64,000 nt of DNA from Eledone cirrhosa (lineage: Eukaryota), in the NCBI GenBank assembly GCA_964016885.1, contig OZ024747.1:72788001-72852000 (forward strand), in the 5' to 3' direction. Below the pieces are notes generated by a model. It saw only the letters and a list, made by a program, of their open reading frames with translations. It was not told the origin of the DNA and made no database searches. Shown one piece after another: positions 26,907-40,074 of this stretch; position 1 is the first letter of the stretch; every line of letters starts with the position of its first letter. A program made the translations under genes and the position numbers.

Positions 26907-27762
26907 GAAACATTGCTTCATTTTTACATATCTAAGCATTAGTAAAATAACTAATAATTTCAAAAGTAATTTTTCAATTCCAATTGTTATGAACAGCAAA
27001 ACATTAATAATAATTTTGTTCTAAGAAATATATATACATTTCTGTGTGTGTAATATATATATATATATATACACACACAGAAATATATATACATTTCTGT
27101 GTGTGTAATATATATATATATACACACACAGAAATATATATACATTTCTGTGTGTTATATATATATATATATATATATATACATACACACACAGAAATAT
27201 ATATATATATATACACACAGAAATATATGGGCATTTCTCTGTTTGTCTGTCTGTCTGTCCTTCCCTAAAACTCAAATGTAGGTGCTACAGAAATATTACC
27301 TTCCCCTTCCTTTCTCCACTTTGGTACTACCAAAAGAAACACTGTCGCTATAGAAACATTACCTTCCGCTCTCCACTGACTTTGGTCACTGAGGCCGAGG
27401 GAATCGCTGGTTGCTATAGAGACACCTTGCACAAGCCAGAAGTAACCAGTTCGAGGCGGTTCTGACTTGACACCATGCCAAGGACCATTTGAAGATATAT
27501 TTCCATCGTTATATCATAACGTTTATGTATCATAACGTTTATATTTCCGTCACTAATCTCTTTTTCTCCTTTTTCGCTTTAACATATTTATTTCAAAGAT
27601 TTCACCGTATAGATAACATATGTATTTATACATGCATAAAAGACACACCGAGAGACGGTGAACATGTGGTGCCGAAAACATTTCTCATCCAAATCTCAAC
27701 AATATCAGTATATACACTAGATTTGCTAGCAGAAAACCGCCCACCGGGTGGTTTTCTGCTAG

Positions 27763-28870
27763 TCTATATATATAAAACTGAGGTTGTCTGTCTACTGAAA
27801 CGGTCGGCACAAATCTCCTTCTAAACCGTACGTTCAAATTTCGGTTAAATTGCTACACTTATAGATGAAGGTTCGGCGGAGACATCGGTCAAAAAAAACT
27901 TTCAAATCGACCCACGACAAGTGCAAAAATCGAATTTGTAATGTATTGATTTTTCAGTTCAAATGTATGAATAGAGATGAGAGACGAGTTATTTCCCTTT
28001 TATGGTGTCATTTGTTTATCTATTTACGTTACGAACAAACTACTCGTGCAAAAGTACAAAAAATACACGAACAGTTTTCGGACCAGCAAAATTTTAACCT
28101 GCAAAATTCATGAGTTCGAAGTTTCAACATTAAGCTTCCATTTTGCTTCATTTTCATTAAAAAGTCTTTTAAAACAATATTTTTACTTGAAAACAAGCCT
28201 ATTTGAATACACTGTAAAACAAGCAAATATTTTGTAAAAAAAGCATTGATCTATATATATAATCTCGAATAAAGCCTTATGAGATTTTCATTTAGAAGCA
28301 ATGATTTTTAAGCGACAGACAGATAATGTATTTTTTTTTTTTTTTTTCATGTCCATCCAATTTCTTTGTTTCAAAATAACTGATAGTTTGGTTACGCTGA
28401 TGTTTTTCTCTGAGACATGTGTTGCAGTGTTTACATTTTCGATTTTTGTTAATAGATTACCAGTGCAGTTTTTATCGCCAGCATCCTCTTTTGTTTTAAC
28501 ATTCGGGTTATGGTTATGTTTTCTTAACTTCATAAGGCATACTGTTGGTTGAGGGAATATTAATCAAAAGTACCACATGAAAGACTACACTGTAGACTCT
28601 ACAGTTTTTAAGCCAAGAAAGGAACTTAACATTGTAACTTTAACACAGCTACTGAGCAGCCCCGAGCAACTCCGGGCTTTACTGTTAGTATATCTATATA
28701 TCCAAAACAGAGAATGTCGGTGTCTGTCTGACTCCCTAAAACTCGAGAACCACCCAACCGATTGTTTTCAAACTTTACACATGTAATACTTATGGTCCTG
28801 TGAGTGTTTTAAGCAAATTTGTATTTGGCATCCAGATCTTGTTGTAAATGGGCAGTGTTAGCCGGGTTTT
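27763..28870 (+). mobile_element. Tandem non-autonomous Helitron-like units
   Basis: TCTATATATATAAAA start, hairpin CCCGAGCAACTCCGGG then TTAG near 28688; a second TCTATATAT unit follows; a hairpin plus CTAGT also precedes it at 27727-27763. Confidence 0.6.
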
Positions 28871-28879
28871 TGATTGCCT

Positions 28880-29430
28880 GTACTACCTTAGTGTCATCAG
28901 CATAGCTAGCGAGAGAACCATCAAAAACAGTAGTGGTCTCAGGACTGTACCTTGCGGCACCCCACTTGTTATTGGTGTTTCTTTTGAGAGGGCCCCGTTT
29001 GCTACGATGTCTGGCTTCTGTCCTTTAAGAAATCATGCAGCCAGTCACATACTTTTCCAGTTATGTCGAGTCCGTGTAGTTTGTGACATATCATTCCGTG
29101 GTCGACCTTGTCAAAGGCCTTCGCAAAGTCAAGATATATCACGCCCACATGTGAGCTGTCTAGCAGTTGTTTCAGTACCAAGTCGTAGTGATGTAGCAGC
29201 TGTGTAAGGCAGCTTCTTCCTGGGCGAAAGTGATCAGTTTCTTTCTGATGATTCACTCCATGACCTTACTGATATGTAACGTTAGGGAGACAGGCCTACA
29301 CATTTTGGCCTCCGCTCTGCTACCTCCTTTATGGATATGGCATATTGTGCCTTCTTTCAGCTCCCTGAGTAGTATACCGCTAGCCAAAGAGCTTATGAAG
29401 AGCGTCTTCAGTGGAGTTGCTATGGCCCGC
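28880..29430 (-). pseudogene. CR1/L2/Jockey-group LINE reverse transcriptase fragment
   Basis: FRPGRSCLTQLL..YLDFAKAFDKVDH..WLHDFLKDRSQ, then GVPQGTVLRPLLFL in another frame. Confidence 0.9.
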
Positions 29431-30359
29431 TTACATGTTTATATATATATATATATGTTGAAAAGGTAACACACTAGAGAGATATACAGTGCGCTATCAA
29501 TAAAACAGGGAAAAACCACCAGTGTATGGAATCTATAACCTATGAAAGGCAGACTATAGACACGATAATTAAAAATATAAATTAAAGCGTAAATAAATAC
29601 CTCTATAACTATATAACACACGTACAAATCCAAAGAGATCTGTTTTGCCAGTAAGTTGTTGACAGAAATGAAATAACCCCGGTTCGCCAGCGTGTAAGGC
29701 TATACATTTCAGACAACACTAAGAGAATTTTAAAGTGACTGTTCAGCTACACGTGGGAGAGAGAAGTCACAGCGTGTTTAAGGGCAGAGAACCAGTGGCC
29801 TCTGAGGGACGCACTGCTAGAAAGGGCAGCCCAAAACCACTCAGAGAAGTGTGCTCAACTAAACAGAGAGAGAGGAAAGACTGTTATAAGGAGCGAAATA
29901 TCACGATAAATTAACGGAGCCATAGACTCTCGCCATTCTGTGTAAATAATGTGCTCAAAGGAGAGGAAATCCTGAGCTCTTTAAAATACAATATGTAACA
30001 GTCGGTGGCTACAAAAACGGCCTTGGCAAGATCACGCTGGAATGTCAAAAAAATGTGTAAAATAAGATGTAGGGAAAAGTAGATTCATTAGGTTAAAGCG
30101 TAATAGCAACATATAAATGCGAAAAACGGAGACATTGAACAGTTATAACGTACATCAAAAGCAACCTCAGAGGCGTACGTGGTATTGTCAAAAGGACAAA
30201 CATGTGTATATATGTATATATAGTGTGTGTACATATATATTTAGTGTGTAGCGTTTTTCGAAATATTTACTTCTGCGTTCACAGATTGATTTTTTTTAGT
30301 TTCAGAAGATCATGTTAAGGGTGAAAGCAGCGATTCTTTGCTTAAACTTTAATCCGTTA

Positions 30360-30396
<37 letters not shown>

Positions 30397-30469
30397 GTGT
30401 ACAGATATTTTTGCATACACAATAACAAAATATAAACAAACGTATTTATTTCACGAGGCTTGATAAGGA

Positions 30470-31163
30470 TAAATATATAAGAGCCCTAAAGCAAATCCCG
30501 AGCAACTTGAGTTGTATTCCTGTCTGTTTCTTTGTTTGTTTGTTCACGAACTACTCCTATGGTTTGGGAGATAGACCCCCATAACCATATATATTCTGAA
30601 ACTACATTGCCCAGAGTACTTGGATAAGTAATTTCCTTTTAATCAAAGGGTTCCCGGGGGGCACAAACTCCCGCTGAAAAATGTTTCCCTTCGATTTATA
30701 TGAAATTTAAACCATATGTAGATGACAAGATATGATGCCTATTCACAAAATTTCAGCAATCTCAATAATATTAAGACACCCTAATGGGGGTTAAATCCCC
30801 TATTAGGATTCCCCGGAGACACAAACCCCCGCTGAAAATATTTTCCCTTCGATTTATATGAAATTTAAATCATAGGTAAATGACAAGATATGATGCCTAT
30901 TCACAAAAGTTTTGAATTGATATTTTGAAAAAAATTATTTACAAGAAACAAAATAAGAATAACATTTAATAATGTAATTGATTTAATATATTACAAAAAA
31001 TAATGTTTTCCAATTTTTCATGCATTACATTTTAGATTAAGTAATATTGAAATGCAGAGTTTTTCTCCATAAATTATATCACTGATTTAATCATCATTTT
31101 CTTACAAAAAAAAAAACAAAAAAAAAAGTGTGAAACGCAGCAAGGCGCAGGTAATTCGGCTAG
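30470..31163 (+). mobile_element. Helitron-like non-autonomous element
   Basis: Internal ~160-bp tandem duplication (30650-30905); ends GCGCAGGTAATTCGGCTAG-T. Confidence 0.5.
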
Positions 31164-32192
31164 TATATATATATATTCACAAACACACACTTAGAAATCC
31201 TTCCTATTTAGCAGGATACAGTAATGCGGTATTCGTTTCTTTGAAGTCACCGGTTACAATTTCATTTAACACCACCACCATCTCTCTCCTATACCTCGGG
31301 ACCCGTTCTCCAATTTACACGAAACTTGTTTTATTCCATTTGTGTTCCCATTTCTGAGTCAACTTCCTTTCAAAGTATTTTCCCATTATGCGCCCTTTTG
31401 GCTTTATTACAATACAGACAAGCAAGCAAGCAATCACAGAGTTTGAGTAGTATATAGATAGATAGATAGATAGATGTATATAAAACCCGGATGCAGCACC
31501 CCCACCTAATAGAACACCCTCTCTTACTCCTTTTGTGTATGCTTGAACTCGTGCGCCGATTTTTCGATACTCGATCTTTCTAATATTTTTAGCTCTGGAC
31601 ATAGCTATCCACCAGTTAATTTTATTGCTCATTTTTTGTCGATTCTATTGAGTGATGAATAGCTTTTGTTTTATTTTAACATGTCTATTGAGCACTCTTA
31701 TTCGATATGTGTATTTCCACATTCCCTCGAATAGTTTTCGCGGATATAGAGGTTATCTCCCTTGTCTAATGCCATGTGCGTTTTTCACTGGTAGTTAGCC
31801 CCTTTTCCGCTAGGAAAAAAGCTCGTTGAGAAAGTAAACTCCGTTCCTCTTGCTCTAGTAGGCTTTTATATTTATATGTGAGCTGATAGAGTACAGTCTA
31901 AGGATTTACAGAAACCCATGAAGCTAGATTTAACACCATTCTAGTGGGTCCGGGTATGATTTTACATTCATTTAAATTATTGATGTATTGTTTTATTGAT
32001 ATTTTTTATCTGTTTGTCCCGAATCTTCTATTATCGATTTTTTATCGTATGGTTGATTGTAGACTTGTTCTATATGTGACGGTATTTTAACGATAGTTAT
32101 AGCTCTGATTCATCTGAATTATTGAGCCCTCTGCCGCTCATTTCGAATTTTGTTTATCGTGAACTCGTGCGCCGATTTTTCGATACTCGATC

Positions 32193-32234
<42 letters not shown>

Positions 32235-32255
32235 AGAAGAAATTGAAAATGAAAC

Positions 32256-32447
32256 GAGTTTTTTAAGAATATTTATTTACTTTACCGGTTTCACAGTTCT
32301 GATGATTTTCAAAAGTAAAATTGACATGGAGGGTTTATATTTCTGTTGTGGTTTGTCTAACAAATCCTCCATCTCAATTTTACTTTTGAAAATCATCAGA
32401 ACTGTGAAACCGGTAAAGTAAATAAATAAATACTCTTAAAAAACTCC
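32256..32447. mobile_element. Penelope-like tail in fold-back arrangement
   Basis: ~80-bp inverted arms beside (TA)n; single-arm homologue at 53935-54060; contains TTGAAAA...GAAACCGGTA hammerhead-like motif. Confidence 0.6.
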
Positions 32448-33159
32448 AGCTGCATCTCACCCTAGAAAGGAGCCCCGTGTAGTGGAATGGCTTATGCAAT
32501 GGGTATCGCTGTTCTCCGCGGCAAGGCGATCGCCATCTTGTCTGTCCGCGAGGTGCTATCGGGATATACTGTTTAGCCCAAGGTGTAGTAGAGCTCAGCA
32601 CCTCCTCATTTTTTTTTCACATTCTTTTTTTCTTTCCCTTTGTCATTAATTTGGTGTAATTGCGATGGATTGTCAGTATCGGTAGAGCAAAGGTTCTCAA
32701 CGGGGGGCATATGCACTCCCGGGGGGCGTTTCGGAACTCCAGGGGGGGGGGCGTTTGGGAGCAAGGTCGCGTTAGGAGCTTGAGGGGGGGGGGGGGCTAG
32801 GGGGCACTGGAAGACTCTTTACTTTGGTAAGTTTTATAAGCCATATTTGTATGTCTTTGAGACAGCCAGCATTTGAATGAGCTTGCAGACAGCATAACTA
32901 TAGTCTGACCACAGCTGTGAGCAGGTGTATCTAGACATTAACAGGTAATTGAGATCCTAAAAATGAAAAAAACCCAGTCTGGATCAGGGACACTTTGAGC
33001 GCAGCCAGTTAGAATCTTATCTTTCTTTCACCGATAACAATGTATTTCATGTCTGAAATTATTGACTCAACCGTAACGAGTTAACACTATGTAGATCTAT
33101 TTTATTCCCTATTGTATAAATAATATTACAAATAAAAGAGAAAAAAAAACACAGAAGTG

Positions 33160-33555
33160 GGTAGCACACACATCTAGGACCACATACAACACATAAGCAG
33201 GTAATACACACATCTAGGACCACATGCAACACATAAGGAGGTAACACACACACATCTAGGACCACATAAAACACACAGGCAGGTAGCACACACATCTAAG
33301 ACCACATACAACACATAAGCAGGTAATACAAACATCTAGGACCACATACAACACAATCAGGTAATACATACATCTAGGACCACATACAACACATAAGGAG
33401 GTAATACACACATCTAGGACGACATACAACACACAAGCAGGTAATACATACAGCTGGGACCACATGCAATACATAAGCAGGTAATACATACATCTAGGAC
33501 TACATACAACACACAGGCAGGTAATACATACATCTAGGACCACATACAACACACA
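33160..33555. repeat. 40-bp minisatellite, about 10 copies, inside the Buster element
   Basis: Unit GGTAATACACACATCTAGGACCACATACAACACATAAGCA. Confidence 0.9.
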
Positions 33556-33559
33556 TTGT

Positions 33560-34622
33560 ATCATGTGCTACGGACGACGCAAGAGCAATGGTCGGCCAAC
33601 ATAAGAGCTTCGTCACTCTTCTGAAAAGAGAAAGTCTATCTGTATTTGCTGTTCATTGTGTCATTCATCGACAACACTTGGCTGCGAAGAAACTCAGCAA
33701 GCCTCTGAGCAAGTCCTTGCAGGTGGCCATTGATGTCATCAATTTTATCAAACGGCATTCCCTCAATGAACGAATTTTCCGGCAACTGTGCCAAGATAAT
33801 GACGAAGAATTTGTCAAGTTGCTCCTTCATAATGAAGTGAGGTGGCTTTCAAAGGGCAAGTGCCTTACTCACTTCTTTCAACTCTTCGACTCTATCATTG
33901 AGTTTCTGCGAGGACGCAACACAGAACTGTACAAGAAATCCCTCGATGTGAGGCAAGACTGCGCCTACCTCACCAACATCGTCAACAAATGCAATAGCGT
34001 CATTTTGGTTTTGCAGGGGAAGAAGATCACCTTGCTTAAAGCAAGGAATGCTGTGAAAACATTCCTGGCCAAATTGAATGTCATCGAAAGGAATCTTTGT
34101 TGACGGGAATTCTATAATTTTCCTAGTGTCGCCAATGTTCAAAACATTGTAAGCGATGACCAACTCCAAATTTATACCACTCACCTCCGTGCGCTACAAG
34201 ACAACATGAGAGAACGGTTTGTCGACCTTTTGCCGATGGACATCCCAATGTGGATAGCAGATGCTTTCATAGCTAACGTCGTCGATTTTGACGTTAAATT
34301 TCAGGAAGAATTCATTGAACTTCAAGTAGATGACATGATCAAAATTAGATTTCCCAAAATAGGTGAACCCCTTTTTGGGATGCAAGAGGAAATTCAGCGT
34401 TGATTTCCACACCTACATGCAGAGGCTAAGAGATTTGCTCTGCCTTTTCCAAGCTCATACTTAGTCGAGAGGAGGTTAGATATGTGTATTTCCAGACTGC
34501 ACAGTAAGGCTCGCAACCGCTACAATGTAATTACACGTGGAGATCTCTGGCTACACCTTAGGAAAATTCAACCTCACGTCAAAAAGTTAGCTAGACTCCA
34601 TGAAGCTCAAGGGTCCCATTGA
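33560..34622 (+). pseudogene. Buster-type transposase, C-terminal half with premature stops
   Basis: CATDDARAMVG, HCVIHRQHLAAK (CxxH), EVRWLSKGKCL, LPFPSSYLVER, terminal AQGSH*; stops after ERNLC and EEIQR. Confidence 0.9.
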
Positions 34623-36107
34623 AATGAGTCAAAGTAAGTTGATTTATCCTAAAACTTGGATATGCTATTGTTACAAAGCAAACTAACAATTTTTTTATTT
34701 GTAGTTGCAGTCTGACTGGACTGGAAACCATCTACTACAATTTAATTACTCATTTGTTGTATATATTTTACCATTCATTAATAAATATACCCTCCCGTGT
34801 GGTCATGAAAACCCTCTTCCGTGGTCTCTAAGCTCACAAAGCAGGGGGACATCAAGTTTGATATCAACATTTATTCTGTCCGTTTCATTAAAGGGAAAAT
34901 TGGAAAGCTTTGAAATGATATAATTGCCACTTTCTTCCAGATAAGAGCACTCTTGGGATAGACAGAGTTGCTCTTGTATAAATGTTCAAAATAGCTGGTA
35001 ACGCCTGGTGGGAATATAACAAATTCAACTGGTCCTTATTCATAAAAAAGAACATTTATGTTCCTTTTTTTGAAATTTATATATTTCCTTTCAAGGAATG
35101 TATTTATACTCTCAGCTGCTAATCAATTTTTTAGTAATCTACTGATATCAAAATCAGTAGTATATTGAAAAATGGGAAAATAGTGTGTTTGTGGGGGGGG
35201 GGGGGTCATGATTTCAAGGGACAAAAGGGGGCGTTTGGCCTAAATGGGTTGAGAACCTGTGCGGTAGAGCATCGAATAATGAGAGCAGTTACGTCCCTTT
35301 ACGTCACGAGTTAAAATCCCGCTGCAGTTAGCTTTGCCTTTCATCCTTACGAGGTCGATAAAATAAAGTACCGGCAATGCACTGGCGTCGATTTAATCGA
35401 CATTCTCCAAACCCAAAATTGTTGGCCGTGTGCTTAAGTCAGAAACCATTACATATATTCTAAGTGCATTTTGAAAATTGGAAATGAACAAAGAATATAT
35501 CGATAGTCAATATGATTCTAATCTTCGTAAATGTTAAAATTAACAATTAGCAAGTAGACCCTAAATAATAAAGTAATCGGCTACTGGTAGGTAGCCCAAC
35601 ATGGCAACCCTTAACTGATGGTTCACTTCCACTCAAAACACACGTTCTCGCTGTAGACTTTCCAACGTGAAAAATCAGCGAGATTTGTGAATTACAATGA
35701 ATGAATGAATGGAAGAAAGGAAGGATTGGATGGTTACAAAATTCTTGTTTAGCGACGGAGTGATTCATCAAAATTCTACTTGTCTTTATAGTCAAGCCTC
35801 TCTCTCTCTCTCCATACATAAAGATGTGCGCACCTTATTTTCTATTTGTTTTATACTTCCCATCGCTCCATCAGCCAGACGATCGACATACGTGTATACA
35901 CACGTACATACGAATATGTACACAGACACAGGTACATACACGCAAATACAGACACACACACACATACATAGAAGATGAGAATGGCTTCGTTATATCGAGC
36001 CGTTTCTCCATTAAGGGGTTTATAACAACTGGTAAGGGAAAAACAAAGGGGACAGAGAAATAACGAAAATTCCGATGTTTTAAACCTTGGATTTTACACA
36101 CATATAT

Positions 36108-36179
<72 letters not shown>

Positions 36180-36364
36180 TAACAGCCAGTCTAAATCTCC
36201 GTCAACCTCTGCCTCTCCTACCACCTCTCAATAACAAACCTTCTCATTAGCAATAGTAGGTGAGCTTTAAAAGATACATTTCTTCAGACAGATTATTTTT
36301 CCCAGTTATTACATCAACTATATTCAACAACTTGCAATCGGATATATTTGTAATAAAGAGGGGG

Positions 36365-37130
36365 GGGGGGGGGGTAAATAGCGATATTAATATAAAGGGC
36401 GGACCCTTCAACCTAGTCTTGGCGGAGTCATTGCTGCTGAGAAGAGCCAGCGACACCCATTGTACCATCCACTTCACCTCGCGATACTTCCTCAGGCGAA
36501 ATGCATTCCTCCCAATTTTGCAGTGGAAAACTGTAGTTCAGGTTCCAAGAACACCAGAGGTTTGGACGGCGACCAGAACGAAAAGAAAGCAGTCGGTCAA
36601 ATCCTAGTAGTTGGCTAGATTCCTCTCTCCCGAGTGGGAGTATCTGGATGTGTGGTCCGAAGAGGTAATGTTAGAGGCGGAGAGTCTCGCAACACGTAGC
36701 GTCTCAGATTAGAGATTTAACCTCCCTCGAACGGGAAAAGGGTTACCCTGTCTGGGCGTTTGCCACCCCCACGGTCAAAGCTGACAGGCTCCAGTTGTGA
36801 GGCGGGTGCGGGTTGGAGAGGGCGGCATCGAATTAAGCCACATACCGCTGTTTGGCTGCGAGGCAGAACGGAGGCATGAGAGAGGGTGTTGGTCTAGAGA
36901 AGATTAAACCAGCATGAAGGTTGGCGTGCACTTCAGGTCTCTATTGTGTTGGTAACCTGCATATTGGTGGGACAGTAACGCAAACGTCACCCCCCCCCCT
37001 CTCACAACCAGAGATGGCTCCATTTCGCTGTCCACGCCTGGTTCTAACGTCTTGGAGAGAACCTCTCCGAGTGCAACGGGAGACGATGAAAGATAAGTAG
37101 GCCGACAGTTTAGATGTGGCCTAGAACAAC
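36365..37130 (-). mobile_element. GC-rich decayed retroelement-like segment, unclassified
   Basis: Sharp GC shift from flanks; no diagnostic motif recognised. Confidence 0.25.
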
Positions 37131-37454
37131 GATATTTATAGGGAGTTTCACCTGTTACTAGCGCCGAAACTAACGTTACAGGTGTGTACGGCGTAGATTA
37201 TTGTTCATATTTCAATTTAGATTTATTTCTATAGATTCGTGTGTAGTTCTTTAGATTCCCTTCATAAATACATCAACATATATATATATATATATATACA
37301 CACACATATATATATATATGCACACACACACACAACTCCTAACGAATGCTTTCTGGAATTTGGTCTTTGTATTTATCATTTATGTGTGTGTATGTATACA
37401 CACACACACATATATATATATATATATGGTAATCATATATACCATATATATAAT

Positions 37455-37640
37455 CGTTTCCACGTTTGGCACAAGACCAGCAATTACCTAGTGCATTACT
37501 GGTACTTTATTTTATCGACCCCGTAAGGATGAAAGGCAAAGTTAACCTTTGCGGGATTTGAACTCAGATCGTAAAGACCCGTATCTCCATGCTGCAAAGC
37601 ATGGCGTCCGACCCTCTAACGATACTGCCAATCCACCGCC
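37455..37640 (-). mobile_element. SINE family A
   Basis: Core match; a plus-strand partial copy lies at 37917-38025. Confidence 0.85.
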
Positions 37641-38374
37641 ATTTGCCCAACCATATATATATAATTGTTTCTACTTTAGGCACAAGGCCAGCAAAATGTA
37701 TATTAGATATAGAGCATGTGACCATGTGTGCGCGGCTAACGGTAGCACATCATTTACAATATACATAAACACATAGTATGTATAAATGTAATGATACCAT
37801 CACGTTTGACCATAGACTCAACAGACACAGCAATGAATTTGTACATCGTGTTTTAGTAAATGTCTGTCAGTCGCTGATCACATGCTTGAATGCATATTTA
37901 GTAAATATACACACACAAATCCCGCCGAGGTTAACTTTGCCTTTCATCCTTACGGGATCGATAAAATAAAGTACCAGTAATGCACTGGTTAATTGCTGGC
38001 CTTCTGCCAAAAAGTAGAAACAATTATATATATATATTAACTAGGATAAGTCGCTTGTGAAGTTTTTCTTACTTTAGATTACGTTACGGGGATCTAGTCG
38101 TTGGTGATTCTGTATTTCGGTGTAAGATGGTGTGTGGTGTGGTGTGGTGGTGTGTGAATACATATATATATACATAAGGTTGTATCAAATACGTACACAC
38201 AGGTATCATTTATACATGTGTGTGTTTGTGTATACACACACACACCACATATATGGCGTTTCTGACCATTGGTGATCAATGAATAAGCGTCATTTCAAAC
38301 CAGAGAACGCAGCTGCAGTGACGATCGCCGATAATAGACAATTATTGGAAAATTAATCACACTGCTTCAACGTG

Positions 38375-38790
38375 TGTGAGTATGAGAGTGTGTGCGAGAG
38401 AGTGAATGAGTATGAGTGAGTGAGTGAATGAGTATGAGTGAGTGAGTGAGTGAATGAGTATGAGTGAGTGAATGAGTATGAGTGAGTGAGTGAGTGAGTG
38501 AGTGAGTGAGTGAGTGAGTGAGTGAGTGAGTGAGTGAGTGAGTGAGTGAGTGTGTGTGTGTGCGTGCGTGAGTGCGTGCGCGCGCGAGTATGTGTGTGTA
38601 AGCCAGTGAGTGTGTGTATGCGAGTGAGTGAGTGTGTCAGTGTGTGCGAGTGAGTCAGTCAGTCAGTGTGTGCGAGTGAGTGAGTGAGTGTGTGTGTGTG
38701 TGCGTGTGAGTGAGTATGTGCGAGTGAGTGTGTGTGTGTGTATGTGCGAGTGAGTGGGTCAGTGTGTGCGAGTGAGTGAGTGTGTGCGAA
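38375..38790. repeat. (GAGT)n/(GT)n compound microsatellite
   Basis: Seen directly. Confidence 0.95.
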
Positions 38791-39863
38791 ATGGGCGATC
38801 AATATTGAAGACGAGGAAGAGAATGCAAACGTCTTGAGAAATCATTGTTGCATTCGGTTTTCTCTTGTTCAGCCAACACACACACACACTTTCATATGAG
38901 TGTGTGTGTGTTTGTACGTGTACATATGTGTGTTTGGTTCATCTTCTATTTCATATTACCCCATTCTACTCAACTGACAAAAAGGAAATTATATTGATAT
39001 CTGTAAATCAAAGTTACCAGCCTCAGCACAAAATGTTTCATAATGAATCTACTCGAGAAATACATTGAGACACGTGTCTGTGGAATACTCTTTTAGTCAC
39101 TACAAGTTCTGTTCGAACATTCGTCGTCGAAATGAGCAGTAGCTAAACATATACGTGTGTGTGTGTGTTGTAAGAAAATGGATATATCAGAACCCTATAT
39201 GTGTGTGTATGTAAAAGGTAAACAGAAATAACAAAACAAACGGCACAGTACATGGAAGAAATATATTAGAATAGCAGGAAGGGTGTCTTAACGTTTCGGA
39301 CACTACTCTTTCATCAGAAGATAGAGTTAGAAATAGAAGATAAATATGAAGAAAAGAGTGATAGGAAGGAGGAACGGGGACAAATTAGGGAAAAAAAGGA
39401 GGGGGGGGGGGGGGGGGACACGTGTGTACTAAGTCTGCTATATATATAAATATATATATATAGGCTTTGCGAATACCTGCTCTGCTGAAACTTCGTAGCT
39501 ATGTTGTAAGAAATATATATATATATATATGTCGGCAGCTGAGGGTATGGTGGATGTATGGCAGCCTCACACATTATAGACATACATAAACACATATAAA
39601 GCATATGTTTTTTAAAAAGCCTGCCATCTTTTATCATGCATAACGTGCGCGCACGCACGCACACAGCATGTCTATGTGTGTGTAAACTTGTATATACTAT
39701 ATACGCACATCTTATGTGCGAGATGGTATCATGAACAATTTATTTTAAAATATTTAATGCGAATGTATTTGCGTATGTATACATATATTCTTACACACAC
39801 AATATATATACATATACACACACACACATATATACATCTATATATACACACACACACATCCAT

Positions 39864-39924
<61 letters not shown>

Positions 39925-40074
39925 AATACATCTATCTATCTATATGTATATATTTATTCTTCCTCTCTCTCTGGAAGAAATCTGCTGTACTCAGACCTGG
40001 GGGGGGGGGGGGGGGTTCCATCAGGCTTAAAATGTCCAATAAACGCCGTATGTCAATTCGGCGCCCAGAGCCAT

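Larger units (their letters stand above)
32688..35261 (+). mobile_element. hAT/Buster-type non-autonomous transposon (copy 1) inserted in a SINE
   Basis: TIRs CAAAGGTTCTCAA / TTGAGAACCTGTG; TSD CGGTAGAG at 32680-32687 and 35262-35269; SINE A head before it and remainder at 35270-35450. Confidence 0.95.

Noticed and set aside
33160-33555. CRISPR-like regular repeats (also 4041-4140)
   Set aside because: Head-to-tail units without unique spacers, no cas genes, eukaryotic context
34705-34923. 72-aa ORF recurring three times (also 21459 and 48911)
   Set aside because: Recurrence is explained by transposon copies; TTG start and frameshifted in copy 2
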